Shown here: positions 58,737-64,000 of the stretch, in pieces
How the letters are laid out: each line of letters opens with the position of its first letter
How positions within the stretch are numbered: position 1 is the stretch's first letter
Origin: Antedon mediterranea
Lineage: Eukaryota; Animalia; Echinodermata
Length of the DNA: 64,000 nucleotides
Assembly (NCBI RefSeq): GCF_964355755.1
Contig: NC_092670.1
Coordinates: 3,958,201-4,022,200 of the forward strand
Direction of reading: 5' to 3'
Notes under the pieces: generated by a model
What the model was told of the DNA's origin: nothing
The model's database searches: none
What the model saw: only the letters and a program-made list of their open reading frames with translations
Translations under genes and position numbers: made by a program

Positions 58737-59063
58737 GTGATGGCAAGCAAGGCATCGTTGCGAGATGTGCAGAGGACGGTTGATGAGCTAAGAGCCGAAC
58801 TAGAAGCAACTAGGCGTGCTGCCCATGGGAATGGAAACACAGTATATGTTCTCCCAGAGAAGAAGATGAGACACTTTGTGGGAGCCGAAGGGGAATGTGT
58901 AGAGTCCTTTGTTGAAGACGATGGTACTGGGGACGTTTACCCTGACTGGCCTGATGATGCTGGCATTGACTCTGAAAATACTGAAAAGATTCTTCTTGTT
59001 GTGAATAATATTAAGTTTGAGGACAAACTCAGCTTAAACAGGGGAGTGTGGGGATTAATCTAA
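58737..59063 (+). pseudogene. Gag N-terminal fragment fused to the element's 3' end
   Basis: Short coiled coil followed by EKKMRHFVG...VESFVED, resembling the start of a Gypsy capsid, then an abrupt change and read-through into the 3' LTR. Confidence 0.55.
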
Positions 59064-60529
59064 TCATGTGATAATTAAATACTGCCCCCTATAGGTGTTG
59101 CTGCCCCCTATAATTGTAACAGTCTTTTTCAAATGATTTGCTTTCTTTTGTATTCATGAACCGGTCAAGGAAGCAGATAGTTTTGTCTCTTACTTAATTA
59201 AAGATCTGATTAAAAGGTAATTACTCTACTTTATACACATATTACTTTGTTATACATTTATAAGATTCTGTTATGTTTAAGAAACATTAATGTTGTATTT
59301 TAAGATGATTGCATTCATAGGCCTAGACATTTGTTTTGGGTTAACCTTGACTCATGGAATGTGCAGTTAGGAAGCCTATTGAATAGTATTGTGTTACAAT
59401 CTTTGAACTAGGATTTTATGCCATATAATGTTATAATATATACTTTTGTGATAAACCTTCTTTGTATTAACAAAATATGTTTAGATAGATTTAGTAATGT
59501 TTAGTTTATAGAAGATAGTTTCTAGTTAACAGTTTGTATAAAATAGTTCATCCTACAGTTCACACTTGATTAATTTGTACACACGAGGCTACCATGCTCG
59601 TGATAGATCGTCATGTAGTGCGCCCTCTATTTATCATACAAAATGGCTGCGCCCATGGATTTGTTATTGTTTATATATTTTACACAAACCTAAGATTATA
59701 ACTCCTTGATTCAATGAATAGACTAAGTTTAGTATTCAAATAGTGTGAGTAAATTCCAACATGCATTTATTCTAGTAATATAATAGTAATATTCAGGCAC
59801 TTATGATGCAATTGTGTAGGTAATTAATTAGGTATTTGTATACTCTAACAAAGTATACAGAGGCTGTTTAGGTAGACGTGCCGTTTGATGTAATAGTCGC
59901 AGTCCTCAGAGAGAATCCTTTTTATTAGAGTCGCCTGTTAAGTTGAGGTCGTTACTAAGAATTGGCTTGTATTTTAGAATATTATTTACTTTTGTTTCTC
60001 ATTGTATTTATTATGTGGTTTTCAGGACCATACTGATCTCTATTGTTATGCTAAAAACAAATTAAAACCAAATACACCACCGGACCGTGGTAAAAGTGAG
60101 AAAAGGCGTGTTTTTCCTTTTGTGTTGTCGTCCACATCCTTACACTTATAAAAGTAATAATAATAACAAATAAATAATTATAAAAATAATAATTACAAAG
60201 TAAATTCAGTTAATTCAGTGATGAAATTATAGAGATATTATAGTTCACAATAATATCTCTATGAAATATAATATCATGCTAACATTATATAAACTATTTT
60301 TCATAAATCATTGTAGTATTTTACCTTTAGGATTTAGACATACAATGATATTTACAATGAAATTTTTATTTAGAATTTAATTGAATTATGTAACTTTAAA
60401 GGTAATGACATACAGATGCCCAGCAATAATGAATGGTACATGAGAACAAGTTGTCATTTTAGATACAACCTTTAAGACTGTCTTTTTTTTTAATGTAAAA
60501 ACTTAATAACATTAGTTTCTAATTATTTT

Positions 60530-63500
60530 TATCATCTGTTTATTTTGAGCCATTGTTCCATATGCACCTTAGCCACAACCAACACCGCATTTCCTTCAGC
60601 TAATGTATCTACAAGATCTATTTTCAATGCTTCATCTGATGAGTGTAACTTGCCTAGAGTAAACAATACTTAGTTTAAACAAGGCCATATAGATGGCTGC
60701 AGTCGCGTGCTCATTAGTGTTTACCGACCGACCGACCAACCTACCAACCAACTGACCGAAATTACTGAACATGTTTAAAAATGTTGAAATGTTTAAAAAC
60801 ATTTATATTTTTTTAATTTACACGTGCGTAGCCTGTCATTTTTGACGTGCTCGTATAACGTAATTTCGAGTTGAAAAGTAAGTCAAGAAAACAGAAATCG
60901 GGCAAAAAGAATGCGCAACAACATTTAACGCGCAGTGCGCGCGCAAACATCTTCGCACTCAAGGCAATTTTGTAAACGCTTAAAATTGCCTGAAACGTAC
61001 TCTTATTTCATCGAAAATAAATTTTGAAATTTTAAGCGCGCATACGCATGCGTTACATGCGCTACGCACGTAATTGTATTGCCATATGATGATTTATGCC
61101 CTGAAATGTATTGGTACCAAATTTTATTTAATTGTGATTCATGGTTGTGAAGATATGATTACAAACGTGATTTCGTTAAATCGTGCGTACACAGCGTAAT
61201 TTTTTATTGCGCACCGTGAAAACATAACCACAACGATTCCTGGCCATAAGGAATATACTGTGAAAAATTGACTTAGCTAGATTAAACTGATATCAAGATA
61301 AGGTCAGAAAGCGATAAAACGCATAGTGATACCGGACCGACAGACAGACCGACAGACAGACCGACCGACCGACCGACCGACATAGTGAACTATAGACTAT
61401 AAATGTATCAATAACAATTTAAAAGAAAACAATTCTATTATATAATTTGGTGTAGGAAATACAGAAACATTTTAATATTTTTGGGCAGATTGATAGTACT
61501 AAGACAGGGCTTTAACTGCGGCCTCACTGGCAACTTCTTTGCGTTGAGATAATACGCAAGCAAGAACACGGAAGGCTTGTATCATGCAACAATCGATATA
61601 TTTTATTGGTAAATTCTCCATATAGTGCACGGTAAGTTCTTACTACTAACTAAGACCTCCAGTCTATACGCTTGCATCATCTCAACTAGCCGCACTAGCA
61701 GTGACACTTCTATTATACGCCGCCTGGTCTGGCATTTATGCAAATCAACCCAGATACAACAATTACCTAATTACCTAATTGTTTGCTAGTTTACTCATAC
61801 TGCCGTTACAAGAGCTTTAGATATTAACTAAACAAATCAGCTTCGGCTGGATGGACCACCCTCGTAAAATATTGTTGAAATAAAATTAAATAAAACTTTG
61901 AAATAAATGTGAAAAAAGCAAAGATGTTTTTTTTTGTCTTGTGTGAGTTCATCTCACGTTTATTTAAATTCTCATTTGTGAATATATTATATACATATAA
62001 GTACATTTGTGACAATTAAAAGTAAGTGTTTAAAGTAGTTAAAATACAGGTATATTTACATAAGATGCTTGAATTCAGTATTAACCATATTTGTTTTCAT
62101 TTAAAATTTTAGATACGATGGTAATTAAAATGTAAAAATGAAGAATGGCAGTAAAATAAAAGATTAAAATTTTCTTGTTAAACTATCTTATTTGTGATCT
62201 TATTTGTGTTCGAGTAGAGAGGCTATAAACTCAGGGGAGGAAAATGTAGTATCCTCCCTTTTCACCAAGATAAAAAGGATGAAATGAAAAAATAGGAATG
62301 CAAAAGTTTGAAAGTTAGATGTATAGAATGATAGCATGCAATGATATATTTAATGAAAACCGTAAGGTTAGAGTCCATACACTGTGCAAGTCCAAGATGC
62401 GATTTTGGCTCTGTGCGTATGTGAGACGCTTCATACCCTCAAAGATGTTAGTTGAAATTCCATATTATATAGAGGGAGCACTTTTTATACACAAGGCAGA
62501 GCCATATATATTATATAAAGAGTTAGGACATTGTATTAAAGTCACGTGATATGCCGATCAATTTGTGTCAAACTTGTCTCCGTTAATGCAGAGTATAGGG
62601 TATAGGAGCAACAAAATACAACTTTTTCTTATATTTAAAAAAATGTATTTGGACATTTTACGGTGAAATATCGACGTGCACAGAAGTACTTGCGACAAAT
62701 GATAATAGCGCACGCGTGCGCTAGTACATTAAAAAGTTCAATTCAGATTTATTTTGGAACGAAACATCCCATAACTACGTCCTATTAATAACAATTATGT
62801 AATATTTTCAATTCATAATGCATGTTTTGATGACTAAATAAAATAATAAAGTGTCGTGGATATATGTGTTAATATATTGAGAAGGGTATGAACAACATTA
62901 CAATAATAAATGCAAATTATTACAAATGAAATGATGAACGAGTCTCTGAAATTTAATAACGTTGGTGGCGCAGTTTATGTCAAAAACACACAAAGAGCCA
63001 TATACTGTATAAAAGAGGTGTAAATATAATACAATGCAATAGAATAGTTCAATAGAAAATAAATAGTTTTATTAGTTTACCAATGTTTTGTTGAACCCGA
63101 TTGCCATGACATTGCAATAAGTGCTCTGCTGCTGGACTATGTCTATGAAGGATTCAAATGATTAAAGCTGATAATGAAATGTAATAAAGAAAGTACAAAG
63201 CAATATGATGAAACATGGAAAGAATTCAATTTAAAAATTAACATTATCTCAACTACATACTTACATTACAACTGCAATGGTAATAAGACATTACCCCACT
63301 GCAATCGCAACTACCATATATAAATGTTATGCTAGAAAGTGGCAAGGAAATCAAATTCACATTGTTATCACACAGATAATTCTTCTCACAGCTACAATAG
63401 TCCAACTTGATTGCAATGGGAATTATTCAAATTAACAATAAGGACAATTCAAGATAGTGTATATTATATCTATTATAATAACAAATAGTAAACAGTGCTT

Positions 63501-63981
63501 GATAACATCAAGAATGGGCCATAAAAAAGTAAATAAAAACATACCATGTTTGCATCATGGTTGTAACTGATTATATTTTTTATAGGAATCTGGAATGAAA
63601 TAATATTTAATATCTAGCTATGCAAAGAATAAACAAATGAATTATTTGTAAGTACGTACCAAAAAAATCACCAGTATTAACTCTAAAACTTTATGTTGGA
63701 ATTTTACTATTTATTCTCTATTTTGCATGAAGAATAGGTCTTAAATGTAGTATTGTATACAGTATATTTATTTATTGTTATTATTCAGTAATCACAACCT
63801 CAACAAGTTGATCGACTCAGTTCACTTTTTCTTGTTCAAACTTTCAAGATATTTTTCTAAGTGATAGTTGGATTGAATTTTTCTGGATAAAGTTTGTAAA
63901 GTATGCACGATCTTCTTCTTGTCTGCTTCGTAATTTATCAATTGTTTTCTTCCTCATCATGCTTATTTCTCTCGCATGGTC
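60530..63981 (-). pseudogene. Degenerate antisense partner gene of the next unit (its TRIM is presumably beyond the window)
   Basis: ttttag|HAREISMMRKKTIDKLRSRQEED (about 63980-63910), Cys-rich block (about 63460-63262), HLLQCHG exon (about 63145-63080), and ctctag|KLHSSDEALKIDLVDTLAEGNAVLVVAKVHMEQWLKI (about 60653-60540). Confidence 0.55.
62497..63020. mobile_element. Truncated CAGAG-TIR element at the same ACACAAGG target
   Basis: ACACAAGG at 62489-62496 followed by CAGAGCCATATATA. Colinear with 13360-13885, then a deletion joins it to partner-gene sequence. Confidence 0.85.
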
Positions 63982-64000
63982 TAAAAAAAGATAATTAAGA

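Larger units (their letters stand above)
57584..60144 (+). mobile_element. Miniature non-autonomous Gypsy-type LTR element: 1098-bp LTRs (57584-58681, 59047-60144), 365-bp interior, TSD CTTA
   Basis: TG...CA LTRs look identical. CTTA at 57580-57583 and 60145-60148. Empty site at about 1167-1178. PBS and short PPT (AGGGGAG) are present. Confidence 0.95.

Overview
AT-rich eukaryotic genomic DNA from an animal. A marine invertebrate, possibly an echinoderm, is inferred from protein style and TE content and is not proven. The window is a tandem array of six paralogous + strand TRIM-NHL E3-ligase genes (RING, 2 B-boxes, coiled coil, filamin-type Ig, NHL propeller), called T0-T5 here. Their CDSs are intronless, with a predicted single 5'-UTR intron. 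T3 (30244-32349) and T4 (48800-50884) are open; T0, T1, T2 and T5 are disrupted. The repeat unit also carries a degenerate multi-exon gene on the - strand, head-to-head with the TRIM, whose remnants resemble a SINA/SIAH-type protein. The shared promoter/intron region keeps TGACGTG(A/G) and kB-like motifs. The four full-length TRIM paralogs are mosaics containing all four combinations of two N-terminal and two C-terminal types, and NHL blade residues are highly variable. The array is heavily invaded by TEs: a near-complete Gypsy with an HHDD RT motif nested in a LINE and carrying a TTAA element, a mini-LTR element with a 365-bp interior, a solo LTR, LINE fragments, three CAGAG-TIR elements stacked at one 8-bp target (one TSD inverted), Harbinger/hAT/Helitron-like non-autonomous elements, and a Penelope-type minimal hammerhead ribozyme. 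All comparisons were made by eye; no searches were run.
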